A stretch of 64,000 nt of DNA from Carcharhinus longimanus (GCA_030264375.1 JASCQW010000122.1:27607615-27671614); one strand, 5' to 3'; counted from the first letter of the stretch, positions 13,830 through 26,946 are shown. The notes: generated by a model not told the origin, from the sequence alone. Made by a program: numbers and translations.

Positions 13830-15121
13830 GGAATGGTGTACTGCTGTGCTCTGGGAATGGCGTGCTGAAGAGTAAGTCCATTCCTTTTAATCAGAAAAGA
13901 AGTTGAGGATCCTGTGCCAGCCCACATGAGCGTTGCGATTCTCCCATCACAAACTGCAACTTTTCTGCAGGTTGGAGCAGGAGATGCACGTCGCCAGACT
14001 TGTTCCAGGAATTGCACATGTGCCAAGAACACATACGCATCTCCCAGAGCCAGAGAACAGTCGGAGACCAGGCCATGCTGGAAACTGGCGAGAAGGCAGG
14101 TAAGTCATTTGAGTCTTTTTTTACATGTTTTAAATGTAATTATCGGGAAATTACCAGTCCCTACTGAATTTCCCACCCCGCCAGGAGGACTTCATTCTGG
14201 TGGAGTTTAGAGTAGCTCCTCACATTTGGGGAACAAGCGGGAGACCCTGCTGGAATGAAGGGGGGGAAATCAGGGCCCCCAGGGGTCTGGTGCTGGGGTG
14301 GTGCCCCCTGGGCATGGGCACCCTGGCAGTGCCAGCCTGCACCCCCTGCACTGCCCAAGGGGCAAGGTGCCCATGCCCAAGGGGCATCTTGGCACTGCCC
14401 ATTGGGCACTGAGCAGTGCCAAAGGGACAGAGCCTATTGTGGATGGGGCCTAGGGGCAATCGGTGGGGCTAGGGTGTCCCACTGCCATTTTGCATGGTGA
14501 TCAGATTGGTCTGGGTTGGAGGGGGGGGCAACGANNNNNNNNNNNNNNNNNNNNNNNNNNNNNNNNNNNNNNNNNNNNNNNNNNNNNNNNNNNNNNNNNN
14601 NNNNNNNNNNNNNNNNNNNNNNNNNNNNNNNNNNGCAACGATTGGGGCAGGCTGGAGGGGTGGTCTGCTGGAGGGGAGGTCTGCCAGGGTGAGGGTGTGG
14701 GGGGATCGCCACTGCTGGGGGGAGATGGGGTAGGGGTAGGCTGGACATTAGGGTGCTCTGGGGCGGGGGAGGGGGGCAGGGCTGGCCTGGGAATTGTTGT
14801 CGGGCTGCGATTGGACAGTGGGGGTGGCTGGAGGAATAATACTGCAGTGGTTCCAGGCTGGCCAGCGATCAAGCAGGCCAGTGATCAGGCTGGCGGAGGC
14901 TGACAAATCAGGACCACTGCGCATGCACAGAGTTCCAGAACTGTCAGACTCTGGCATGAGTAAGCTCTGGCCCCCTGGGTTTTTAATGAGATTCATGATT
15001 GGGACCTCTGCAGTTCANNNNNNNNNNACAGAGGAGATTTGAGTGAGAAGTTGAACTGACCAAACAGTCATGATCTAGAACAGTTTTCCGACTAATTCAG
15101 CGCTTTTGGGAGAATTGTCCC
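13830..15121. mobile_element. GC-rich MITE-like element
   Basis: Ends GGGAGAATTGTCCC. Shares cactgcgcatgcacaga with 58404-58420 and cactgcccaagggg with ~42660. Internal inverted repeat ggcatgggcacc...ggtgcccatgcc at 14311-14377. Left boundary approximate. Confidence 0.6.
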
Positions 15122-15349
15122 AAAGGTTTCCTGAGCAACTCTTTGTCCGCAGCATCAATAATGATTAAATAAGCGAAACACAGTACATTACATCTTGCCA
15201 GCACTGTTTATCTTCATATTTAGGGAACATTTAGGTGCAATCTCTGGTTGCAGAGCAGGCAAAGCATAACTTAAATGATCTCCAAGAGGATTAGACTACA
15301 GGGGCAAACTTGTCAAAAACAGTTCTGAGTGCTCAACAAGCATGAAGGT

Positions 15350-16173
15350 GGGAGAGAATCATGCCCATTTTTACAGTGAGAGAAAAATTCAAATCTTATG
15401 CCACTTATCAAAATAAATGAGGAAAGTGTGATTCACAACAGTACAGGAAGCAGATGGAGTCTTTTCACCCTGGAAACTGGCTGCTGGCTGCTAGAAGGCA
15501 ACAATGCACATGCACATGATCTCCCAATGCACTGTGTAAAGTGTACACAGTTAGTGCACTGGGAATCTGACACTCTCCCCATACCACTCCCCTCTGGTCA
15601 CGCCCCCACTTCCCTGATTGCAATCCACCTCCACCCAGCTGAATGCTGCCCCCATTCATCCACCCCATGTTGTTCAGAACTCCTATTCAATCCCCTTGGT
15701 TGATCGCTGCTTGCAGTTCCCTACCACCAACTCCCCATTGTCGACTGCTGCTCCAGCAATCCCTGATTGCAGAATGCACAGCTCCCCATGCGCAGCCTCC
15801 CCTTTAGGCCCTGCCCCATCCCTTAGGCTACTCCCCTTTCCTTAGGCCCTGCCCTTTGGCACTGCCCAACCAGCTTTGGGGCTTCAACAGCCTCCAGTCC
15901 CCCTGACAAGGCCTGTTGCTGGAGACCATGCGTGATCCTTGCCAGTGAGGACTTACTGTCCTGGGCTCACTAATAATATTTAAATGATGATTTAAATATT
16001 TAAAGTTGTCTAGCATCCTTCCCAGGCACGAGGCTGATCACATCAGCAATCCAGTGCTGGTGTCATCATGAGAGGCAAGAAACCAGGCACAAACCTGGTT
16101 TTTCACTTCTTTCGTGATCGTACGTGCTCATCACACTGATCATGCGGCATGACAAACTGGTAAGATCTCTCCC
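15350..16173. mobile_element. MITE-like element with imperfect TIRs
   Basis: Starts GGGAGAGAATCATGCC; ends GGTAAGATCTCTCCC (reverse complement GGGAGAGATCTTACC). C-rich interior. Confidence 0.55.
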
Positions 16174-16429
16174 TACATCTCTCATGTACTCAATATTATA
16201 TTTCATATTTCCTTAGTCTGGACATTTTTCTTAAGTTGGTTCATAGAAAGTTATTAGTACTAGAAGGAGGCATTATAAATGACACTTGATATTTTGCATA
16301 TATATTTAGTATAAAGAATGCATAGCACATTCCTGGAGTTCACGTGTGAATCTCTGAAGGTCAAACAGAGTTGTTCAGTGACAGGATATGTTAATTAATT
16401 CAAGTATTTTCTAATTACGGAATTCTGCT

Positions 16430-17320
16430 CTAATCTCCTTGCCTGTCTATCACCACCCTCTTTGCCAGCCTCCTCCTTTTCCTTGATTTCTTTTAGTGTG
16501 TCTGGAACTGTATTGGTCTCATCATCATTCTTCATGCTCACACTTCTTTTGATAGAAAAATTGTAGTGCTGCAGCAGCTATTGATGATTTTAAAGGTTGT
16601 TGTAGAGCAGCAACTTTGCTGAATGCTCCAAACAATAGAGTTGTTACTTCAGCATCCTCATGTTGTGTTGCACAGTAACTTGGGTGATAGCTCCGATCTC
16701 AAATTCACCTGTACTTGCTGCTGTGTGGGGTTATTAATTGAGGTCATCAAATGTCGCTGCAAAGGTGGCTCTGGCCCCCTAACAGCCATCCATTCATTGC
16801 CTCAGAAAATGCAAGTGGTGCAGGCATTTTGGGATATGCATAATAAAAGCATCATGGGTGCTCCCCGGACAACAGGCATTAACATTCAGGATCACATTTC
16901 TGCGGTTTGAAGCCACCTGCACATTTATGGATTGGTATTTCTTCCTGTTTATGTATGCATTTGGGTTGATGTGTGGGCCATATGGGTTCCATCATAATGC
17001 TCTGGGCTCTTGGGAAGTCTGCCAGGCAATACAAGTTCTGTGCCCTCTCCAGTGGTGTATCATTTCGATTGGAAAAGTGATAGAAGTGTTTCCCCTGTCT
17101 GTCACTTGCTTTTTACAGAAGGTCTATGTAACAGATGTCTCTGTGGTGACCTGTTGTATAGAAATGAAACTTTATGTTGCTGTGATCTTTATAGTGTTAG
17201 GGATAGTCTTTGAAGTTGTTGTAATCCCGTAATAGATAGTACAGCTCAGACACTTCTGCTCTGGGGCGAAGGCAACACAGTTATGTTTCTTCTGACAGAT
17301 TCAACTAGAAGAACAATGAT
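16430..17320 (-). pseudogene. Frameshifted PIF/Harbinger DDE transposase relic
   Basis: Minus-strand translation across frameshifts gives FP...DGTH (16982-16993), YINRKKYQSINVQV, NVNACCPGSTHDAFI (~16845-16890), GWLLG and LMT, the motif order of Harbinger/HARBI1-type transposases. Confidence 0.85.
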
Positions 17321-19389
17321 CTTCAATAGTTAGTCAACTGCATTCTTTTCAGTATTCCAGTAAAACTGAAAATTTAATGGGTGCATTGCATCATCAGCAT
17401 GTATTTTACTGAAGAGTTTACGCAATTACCTTGGTCACAATTTGTATGTTTATTACAAACTTGCAAGTCAGGTGGATGAAGTACATTTGCAGTTCCATTT
17501 AATCTCACAATGCTATTGATTTTTCCCTAAGTAATTAAAGACATTTTACTAATGAAAAGGAACAACTTATTAAATGAATGCATGCTTTCACATTTGTAAA
17601 TTGAAAGACAATTATTTTTGGTCAAGTCTTCAAAACTCTTTTCTGATTTTTAGAAGCAGAGTGACAGAGGACATATGATATGATGACATGCTGATTAGTC
17701 ACTGACTAGCTTCTAAATATATTACTCAAACCTGTGATTAAAACAAAAATCTTAATCTTGCTTAGAAAACTATCAAATCAAAAAGAGATAATTTACAAAT
17801 GGTATTAGTGAATATATCAAAAACCTTTTGGAAGTGACATATTCTCAGGAGATTTCAGTGACATCTGCGCATCTGAAACAGTTCCTTTTCTGGTGCTTGT
17901 TAAGGGATTCCGCTAGAGTATTTTTAATTTGATGTTTATCAGATTAGCCACTGAAGATCTTTCAATATATGACCCAATGACCCATCTCTTTATACTCCAA
18001 TGCAATCTAACTGCTTTGTAGTCCAATATTCCAGGCCTTTGAAAACAACTTTTCTTTTATTCATTTGCTCACAAATGCAATTGCACAAAATAATATATGG
18101 TTTCATTTTAAACGTAACACACTTGTGGCTGGGCGCCTGAGTGCCTAAATCACCTATGACATTTAAGATCTTTTGAACTGGGGACATATCACTGTCCCGT
18201 CCCATCCATCACCTGTTTGATTTTTTAATACGACCATGCATCTTGCCTCTCTTCATGTGTCCTGAACAAACAGACTGATCAAATTGTGCTCATTTAACCT
18301 TATTGAAGAAAGAAAACTGGTTAAAAATTGTAGGACTGATTTTTGAACGTATGCTCCAGGTGCCTTAATTGAAACAGACTGAATAGCTTAGAGAACGTGC
18401 CTGCAATTTCCCAATAAGCACACCTGATGGGTAAGCGTGCGTTTGGAAAATTGGCCCTTTTTTGTCATTACATTAGGTGAAATTGCACTATGTGGTACTC
18501 GTGTCTGAACGTGATGAAGTCTTTGTCTGCAATTTTAATGGAGGCTTTAACCCATTTGAAACAAACCTGTTAATACCACAAAAGTAGTGGACAGTTGAGC
18601 TTCACAGCATGTTAGCACATTTGCATTCTAATATTAGACTGTAATTTAAATCTGATGATTCTTTGCACAACACATTAAACCATCAAACCCCATCCTCATT
18701 ATTTTGAGTTGTTATTAATGTTTATGTTGTACCATTAAAACCTTAAAATGTTTGAAAACTCATTTACAATGGTCTGAATCTTAAAGAAAAGGGAATCAAC
18801 AAAGTTAATTGAGATTTGAATTTATTTTTATTGTATAAATTATGTTACTTAATTAACACTGTAATCCATTGTAAGCAACAGAAAGCTATGCACTCTATTC
18901 TTTAATCAGTTTGCAAGAAATACATTAAAAACATAAGCTAAGGAAGAGAAAATAAATGCAGATATAAAATAAATCTGTCAGATGATTTTGAAATGAGTGT
19001 ATAAGCTGAGTAGCACCTATGTTGCTATGTCAGGAGTTGTGGCAGTTATTGGCCTGTACAGCTGAATCTGGGATATGTCATACATCAGCTCATTTTCATG
19101 GATGATCCATTGATACAGATTGTGCATTAAACAGAGGTACTGTACTGGGCATGCCTGAAGATTATAGCATCAGACTGGGGAAGCAGGAGGTAAGATTCAA
19201 AGTGGATCACTTAGTTCCCTGTCCAGATAGCTTCACTGAATGGCTTGTGCTGCAGGAAGGTCATTAACCTGACGAGGGAAGGCAATGCATGAGCTCACTT
19301 ATGAGGAAGCAAATTCATAAAAATAGGAACAGAGGTCATTGTACTTGATCTGTAGCTCCTAATTTCCAGTCTTCAAAATGTGTTAATGC

Positions 19390-19920
19390 CACCAATCAAA
19401 TGCACTGATCTCCATATCCAATTTTTACTCCTGTAGAATAAGGTTCCACAGTGGGAGGTGCCAAATTGTCCAATTTATCCCAAGGTTTGTGTCTATTTGA
19501 AACCCAAGAATGTTGAAATCAAACTTGGAGTCTACTGCCCAAGGCAGTCGTTATTGTCTGAACATCATAATACTTTCTGTGGACTTTGGGCCTGTTGCAA
19601 AGTCACAATCAGTGGATTTGCCATTGAATATATCCCAAGTTCTTCAATAACTAAAACTGGTGATGCACAGGTAGTGTTCCTCTTTTAAATACAACTTCAT
19701 GAAGTCCAGGTCTCAGCACTCTGCAGCTCATGATGGATGTCACGCACATGTGTTCACTGCTTCATTTGGTGATCCCAGCTCAAACTGAATTAATAAATCC
19801 TCTGAGATGGAGGCATATGTGCTGGTACTTTGCTATACAAGGAACTAACGATTCTGAGTGGTTTGAGGTAACTGCTTTGGGACTGCTACTTGGGCCTGTG
19901 ACTTCTTCTTTGAGGACTTA
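19390..19920 (-). mobile_element. Ancient RTE-like LINE fragment
   Basis: Decayed SAETWT, STESIMMFRQ and FQIDTN segments in RTE C-terminal order on the minus strand. Confidence 0.45.
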
Positions 19921-20863
19921 CAGTGTTGTAGCCCGAGGTACCATGATGAGGAAACCTTGAATCACAACAGTGATTTATTGAAGGAAAGGTAAAGCTATAT
20001 ACGACCAAGCTCAGGAGAGTTAAGGGTCTATTCTCACTGACTTTCGGGCTCACAATGAAGATTCCCTGCTAACAAGACCTGCATCTTAACACCCGATAGG
20101 CGGCAGATTGCACGCTCCTTCCTGATAGGTCCCAGGAGAGTCATACAAAGAACAAAGAACATCCCAGCATGGGAAACAGGCCCTTCGGCCCAACGAGCCC
20201 GCGCTGCCGCATCTTCCCACATCTACCCCGCCCTGTGTGTATGTGAGTGGAACCCCTAATGTAGCCAGATTCAGGGGAGAATAGTGTCAATTTGGTACAN
20301 NNNNNNNNNNNNNNNNNNNNNNNNNNNNNNNNNNNNNNNNNNNNNNNNNNNNNNNNNNNNNNNNNNNNNNNNNNNNNNNNNNNNNNNNNNNNNNNNNNNN
20401 NNNNNNNNNNNNNNNNNNNNNNNNNNNNNNNNNNNNNNNNNNNNNNNNNNNNNNNNNNNNNNNNNNNNNNNNNNNNNNNNNNNNNNNNNNNNNNNNNNNN
20501 NNNNNNNNNNNNNNNNNNNNNNNNNNNNNNNNNNNNNNNNNNNNNNNNNNNNNNNNNNNNNNNNNNNNNNNNNNNNNNNNNNNNNNNNNNNNNNNNNNNN
20601 NNNNNNNNNNNNNNNNNNNNNNNNNNNNNNNNNNNNNNNNNNNNNNNNNNNNNNNNNNNNNNNNNNNNNNNNNNNNNNNNNNNNNNNNNNNNNNNNNNNN
20701 NNNNNNNNNNNNNNNNNNNNNNNNNNNNNNNNNNNNNNNNNNNNNNNNNNNNNNNNNNNNNNNNNNNNNNNNNNNNNNNNNNNNNNNNNNNNNNNNNNNN
20801 NNNNNNNNNNNNNNNNNNNNNNNNNNNNNNNNNNNNNNNNNNNNNNNNNNNNNNNNNNNNNNN

Positions 20864-21178
20864 TCACATTGCCAGCCTCCTTCTGTCCCTCTAAGTCATT
20901 CTGGCCCTCCTGTCTATCCTTTTGTGCCTCTGTCGATGAACCTTGGGGAGCCACTGGGGAAGTCTGAGGACCAGGACTATTCTTCTTCTTCCTCTTGACA
21001 GTTGCCCACTCATCCTGCTCCTCAGCCCCTGGGACCTCCTCTTGCTCATGGTTCCTAGCCATTAACTTTTCATTTTCCCTGACCAGAAACGTATCCAGTA
21101 AATGCACCTCTAGTTGCCTGACCCAGGCCCTTAACCGCTGCAACTCTAAACACTTAACACAAATGTGGACCCTCTCAT
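20864..21178 (-). mobile_element. CR1 ORF1 N-terminal fragment joined to the Gypsy integrase, running into a gap
   Basis: HICVKCLELQRLRAWVRQLE...RENE...WATVKR resembles the CR1 ORF1 CxxC plus coiled-coil region. Confidence 0.6.
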
Positions 21179-21984
21179 GTGGAGCCTTATCCATGGGGGG
21201 GCCAGGCCACTCCCAGGAGAGTAAGTTTGCTGTGGGTGGAAGGATCTGCTGTGTTTGACAATGTTGGCATGAGTTGACCACAATTCCTGATCACTAAATT
21301 TAACTCCTGTCCAACATCTTCATCTTGGTCTGCCCAGGATGTGTGCTGTGCAAGTTCTAGAGGAGTGGCTATCACCCCGGGAGTGGTACTATCACTTTGT
21401 TCCCCCATAAAAGCACCCTGTCCTCCAGATTTCACCCCTATGCTACAAGTAGGGCGGAGCCTGTTCAGATTTGTCAGTCAAAACCATTCTCTTAACTTTA
21501 AAAAGGACTAGATTCTTCTGGTCCACGTCTTGATGTGAGCCAATGAAATGGGTAGAGTGCCATAAAAGTCAAAGCAAGGAATATCTCCGGTAGAAGAGGG
21601 GGCAAAAATACCATTTGTGGAAATGGGAGCAAATGTAGGTCATCAGCATTAGTGGTCTGTGTTCCTGGCATGTACTGAAATGTGTAGCTGTAAGCAGCTA
21701 ACAGTAAGGTCCATCTTTATATTCAGGCCGGCATGATCAGCAGGATTGGTTTATCTTCACAGAATAGTTTTAGCAATGGCTTATGGTCCAAGATAATGGT
21801 GAAAAGGCAGCTGAACACATACTGGTGAAACTTCTTGAGAGTGAACATAACTGCTAGATTTTCTTTATCAATCTGCGAGTACTTCTTTTTGGCAGTAGGC
21901 AAGGTCCTGGAAGCAAAAATGACAGGCTGTTCCAGGCCATCTTCCATCATGGGAAAGTACAGACCCTATGCCATAAGGTGATGT

Positions 21985-22228
21985 GATGATGATATTGTGC
22001 TATTAATATGTTTTATGGTTAAGTGATGACTGCTTTAGGAGCCCGTGTTTGATACAAGCAGTCAGTTTGTTTGGCAGGAATGCAGCAGATGCTGAGAAAG
22101 TAGGATAATTACTCATATTAGCCATGTAAGTGTTTATTTAGCAGAAGGCCTAATGGGATGTTTTTTGATTAAAGTAATAAGATGAGTTAGGTATACAAGG
22201 ACAGAGTCTTGTGATACGAGAAATAGAA
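21985..22228. mobile_element. Unrelated LTR-like insert between the RT and RNase H of Gypsy #1
   Basis: Non-pol sequence of solo-LTR size replaces the expected RT C-terminus and connection region. Confidence 0.35.
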
Positions 22229-24172
22229 GAAGCTCCTCGGGTGGTGCCTCTGTTATTCAGATATTGTCCAGATACATAACTATTCCCTTGCAGAAGGCTT
22301 TCCATGATGCATGAAAGATAGTGCATGCAGATGAAATGCTGAAGGATAACCTCGGATATTGGCATAAGACATTGTGCGTTTAATGGGGACAAATTTCCTT
22401 GAGTCTTCATCTAGCTTAAACTTTTGGTACGCTTGACTTAATTCCAATTTTGTATAATTGAGGTCTCCTGCTAGCTTGGTACAAAGATCTTCTATCCAAG
22501 GGATAGGATATATCTATTTGAGCAGCTCTGTTTATGTTCAGCTTGTAATCGCCACAAATCCTCAATATGTGGGGATTACTGGCGCAGCCCACTTTGAGAA
22601 CTGTACTGGTTTAATTATTCCTAGGTCTTCCAATCTCTTCAACTCCACCTCAGCTTTCGATGTAACGCATAAGGGACAGACTGGACTCTAAAAAATGTTG
22701 GCATTGACCCAGGATTCACAGAAATTTTAGCCTTTACTCCTCAAATGCACTTCAGCTCTCTCCTAAAGACTTGTTGATTCAAAACTCTTGGAAAACCCCA
22801 TCTGTGATGTTGAATATTTCCAGCCAATTCAACTTGATTAACTTCAGCCAATCTCATCCCATAAGGCAAGGCCTCTGTCCTTTCACTACCATCAGGGGCA
22901 TCTCAGCAGTGTGGTGCTGGTAAGACACTGGTATTGATGTTGTGTCCAATATCCTCAATGTTTCTCTTGTGTAGGTTGCCAACTTTGCTGGAGTATTGCT
23001 GAGCCTCATTGGTTGCAGACGTCCCTGAAAATACTTACAGGTTTGTTCACCTTCTACTGTGGCCAAAGCAACTGTGCTGACCTCCATAGTTAATAGACAC
23101 CCATTAACCGTAAGGGAGATTTTGATGGGGGGGTGTCTTATTTAACTTTACAATGTTGAGCTGATAAACTTCAGATTTGTCGACTGAACCCTCCTCTATC
23201 TTGTTCACTAGAGTCCTCATTTTTCTTTCAGGAAACTAGGTGCAGACGATCTGACTCTGCATCTGGCTTGTATGTGGCCCTTCCAATTACATCTGAAACA
23301 AAAAAACTCCTTACATTTACATTTGTCTTGCAGATGGTCTCCGCCATGATGGTAACACTTAACTCCTCGTGGCTGACAAATTTCTCTTCTTTTTCCTGGG
23401 CCTTCATTACTGGTATTCTGAGCAAGCCACTGTTTTCCACTAATGTTGTTCATCTCACCCTGCATGCCTTGCAGTTCAAAAGCTTTGTTCAGGACTCTCC
23501 GTCGCTTGAGCCAAAGGATAGGATTTATCTATTTGAACAGCTCTGTTTATGGTCAGTTTGTAATCTCCACAAATCCTCACTGGTCTGATTTTAGCACTGG
23601 GGCTATTGGCACAGTCCACTCCAAGGACCTGTACCAATTTAATTGTTCGTAGGTCTTCCAACCACTTCAACTCCACCTCAACTTTTTGCTGTAAAGCATA
23701 AGGCACAGACCGAGCTCTAAAAAATGTTGGCATTGATCCAGGGTTCACATAAATATTATAGTTTCTGCGAGCAGTTTCTTCAGAATACTCCAACTGTTAA
23801 TATCATACATGAGATGATCACATAACACATCACTTAAGGATGGGCCAAATGCACAGCGTTCGACCATTCTGTGAAGCCAAGTGACAGAAGCAGAAACTGT
23901 CTCCCCGAGTGGAATTTATATCGCTGCATAATAACGGAGAGTCAGGAATTGTAGTGCTCACTTACTAGTGCATCTAGCCGGTCAAACGATTTTGTGTTTG
24001 GTGCTTCTGAGTTGCAAGGCTTCTTACAAGCTTATAAACTGAGGGCTGCAGTGAATAAAATAACTTTCTGCTTTTCTTTGACAGTATTTCATTGGCATTG
24101 AGAAAGTATCAAAATTTTAAAATGTACTGGCCTGAATCAAAAGGATCAATTTTCCTGAACAGTGGCATAGCT

Positions 24173-24277
24173 GGGTCACTCTGGGTCACTCACCTGATGA
24201 AGGAGCAGCACTCTGAAAGCTCATGCTACCAAATAAACCTGTTGGGCTTTAATCTGGTGTTGTGAGACTTCTTATTA
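24173..24277 (+). mobile_element. Penelope terminal-repeat fragment with a hammerhead ribozyme motif
   Basis: CTGATGA (24194-24200), a, GGAGC-agc-ACTCT, GAAA (24215-24218), GCTC. Flanked by a 10-bp TSD tggcatagct/tggcgtagct (24163-24172 and 24278-24287). Confidence 0.75.
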
Positions 24278-24676
24278 TGGCGTAGCTATTCGACTAAGGT
24301 TGGCATAACAATCTTTTACCTTCTTTGCAGGTTTTTTCAGGGACTCACTCTTCCACCTTCAGATGTTCATGTCTTTTAATTTTGTTGCCAATATTGTAGC
24401 CCAATGTAACATGACATGGAAGGCTTGAATCACAATGGCGATTTATTGAAGGAATGTTGAAGCTATATACAGAGAAGCTCAGTGAAGATACAGGTCTATT
24501 CCCACTGACTCTCAGGCTCACATTGAAGGTTCGCTCCTATTAAGACTCACGTCCTAACACCTGATAGGCAACAGTTTGTGTCCTCCTTCCTGGCTCCAGG
24601 AAGATCATGAACATCCGACCACACTAGAACATATGTAGAAACAAAGCATATCACGAAGCTGACTGAAAAGCATGCA

Positions 24677-26946
24677 AAGAACAAGAACAAAGCACATAGA
24701 AAATTACAGCACAGGAACAGGTCCTTCGGCCCTCCAAGTCTGCACCGAGGATGCTGCCCGACTTATCCAAAACCCTCTACCCTTCCGGGACCGTATCCCT
24801 CTATTCTCATCCTATTCATCTATTTGTCAAAATCACTACTGGATCTGCTTCTACCTCCTTCCCCGGCAACAAGTTCCAGGCACTCACCACCGTCCGTGTA
24901 CAAACCTTTAAACCTTGCCCCTCACACCTTAGAGCTGTGTCCTTAGCAATTGACCCTTCCATCCTGACTACCTACTCTGTCCATGTCTCTCATAATCTTG
25001 TAGACTTCTATCAGGTCTCCCCTCAACGTCTAACGTTCCAGTGAGAATAAACCAAGTTTCTCCAACCTGTCCTCATAACTAATGCCCTCCATACCAGCCA
25101 AGATCCTGGTAAATCTTTTCTGTACCCTCTCTCAAGCCTCCACATTCTTCTGGTAGTGTGGCAGCCAGAACTGAACACTATATTCCAAGCGCGGCCTAAC
25201 TTAAGGTTCTATAAAGCTGCAACATGACTTGCCAATTTTTAAACTCAATGCCTCGGCTGATGAAGGCAAGCATGCCGTATGCCTTTTTGACTAACTTCTC
25301 CACCTATATTGCCACTTTCAGTGACCTGTGTACCTGTACACCCAGATCCATCTGCCTATCAATACTCTTAAGGGTTCTGCCATTTACTGTATATTTCTTA
25401 TCTTTATTAGACATTCTAAAATGCATTACCTCACATTTGTCCGGATTAAACTCCATCTGCCATTTCTCCACCCAAGTCTCCAACCGATCCATACCCTCAT
25501 CACTATCCTCAAATCCACCAACCTTTATGTTGTCTACAAACTTGCAAATCAAACGAGTTACATTTTCCTCCAAACCATTTATATATATTACCAACAGCAA
25601 GATCTCAGCTCTGATCCCTGAGGAACGCCATTTGTCACATCTTTCCATTCCGAAACGCATCTTTCCATTGCCACTCTCTGTTTTCTATGACCGAGCCAAT
25701 TCTGTATCCAACTTGCCAGCTCACCTCTGATCCCATGTGACTTCACCGTCTGCATCAGTATGCCATAGGGACCCTGTCAAACACCTTACTATAGACAACA
25801 TCCATTGCCCTATCCTCATCGATCATCTTCGTCACTTCCTCAAAAAACTCGATCAAGTTAGTGAGACACAAACTTCTTTGCACAAAACCAAGTTGCCTCT
25901 TGGTAATACATCCATTTATTTCTAAGTGGGAGTAAATCCTGTCCCAAAGAATATTCTCCAATTATTTTCCTACTGCTGACATAAAGCTCAACAGCCTGTA
26001 ATTAGCTCGATTATCCTTGTCACCCTTCTTAAACCAAGGAACAACATTGGTTATTCTCCAGTCCTCTGGGACCTCCCTTATAGCCAGTGAGGATACAAAG
26101 ATTTCTCTCGAGGCCCAGAAATTTCTTCCCTTGCCTCTCAGTATTCTGGGGTATATCCAATCAGGCCCTGGGGACTTGTCTACCTTAATGTTTCTCAAGA
26201 ACCCAAATACCTCCTCCTTTCTGATCTCAACATGACTCAAACTACCTACACACCCTTTCCCAGACTCATCATCCACCAAGTCCTTCTCTTTGGTGAATGA
26301 ATACGCAAAGTACTCATTTAAAACCTCACTCTTTTCCTCTGGCTCCATGCATAGATTCCCTCCCCTATCCTTGAGTGGGCCAGCCCTTTCCCTGGCTACC
26401 CACTTGCTCTTTATATATGTATAAAAAGCCTTGGGATTTTCCTGAACCCTTCTGGCCAATACTTTTATATGACCCCTTTTAGTTCTTCTTACTCCTTGCT
26501 TAAGTTTCTTTCTACTTTCCTTGTATTCCACACTTGCTTCGTGTGTTCCCAGTCTCCTAGCTTTGACAAATGCTTCCTTTTCCTCTTTGACTAGGCTCAC
26601 AATATCTCTCATTATCCAAGGATCCCAAGATTTGCCTTATTTATCCTTCATCCTTACAGGAATATGTTGGTCCTGAATCCCTATCAACTTGCACTTGAAA
26701 GCCTCCCACATGTCGGATGTTGATTTGCCCTCAAACATCTGCCCCCAATCTACATACTTCAGTTCCTGCCTAATATTGTTGTAATTAGCCTTTCCCCAAT
26801 TTAGAACCTCACCTGAGGACTACACTTATCTTTACCCATCAGTACCGTAAAGTTTACTGAATTGTGGTCACTGTTCCTGAAATGCTCCCTTACTGAAGTG
26901 TCAATCACCTGGCCGGACTCATTCCCTAATACCAGATCCAGTATGG
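24677..26946 (-). mobile_element. CR1 LINE, ORF2 RT and 3' UTR (degenerate)
   Basis: ORFs with KSPGPDWIYPRIL, GFVQRSLCLTNLIEFF, KVFDRVP, ICKFVDNIK and WQMEFNPDKCEVMHF; short-repeat 3' tail at ~24677. Confidence 0.95.

Larger units (their letters stand above)
19924..24623 (-). mobile_element. Decayed Ty3/Gypsy (Mag-like) LTR retrotransposon #1
   Basis: Diverged LTR pair at 19924-~20220 and 24392-24623, with a degenerate PBS next to 24391. gag start MPLFRKIDPFDS (24168); zinc knuckle CFRCNWKGHIQARC; protease region (23087); RT RICGDYKL and YLDN (~22270); RNase H PVIFASRTL...YSQIDKE (21723-21950); integrase WEWP..PW.RLH (~21200). Confidence 0.9.

Noticed and set aside
13748-14032. Minus-strand ORF ending at a strong AAG/gtaag donor
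   Set aside because: No recognisable protein, no convincing acceptor, and most of the ORF lies in a MITE-like repeat.
16623-17232. Plus-strand ORFs with hydrophobic, membrane-like sequence
   Set aside because: Antisense shadows of the Harbinger transposase relic.
16430-17320. Domesticated HARBI1 gene
   Set aside because: Multiple frameshifts and stops; a dead transposon copy rather than the conserved host gene.
20271-20967. Long ORFs of 200-336 aa
   Set aside because: Their length comes from translating through N runs.
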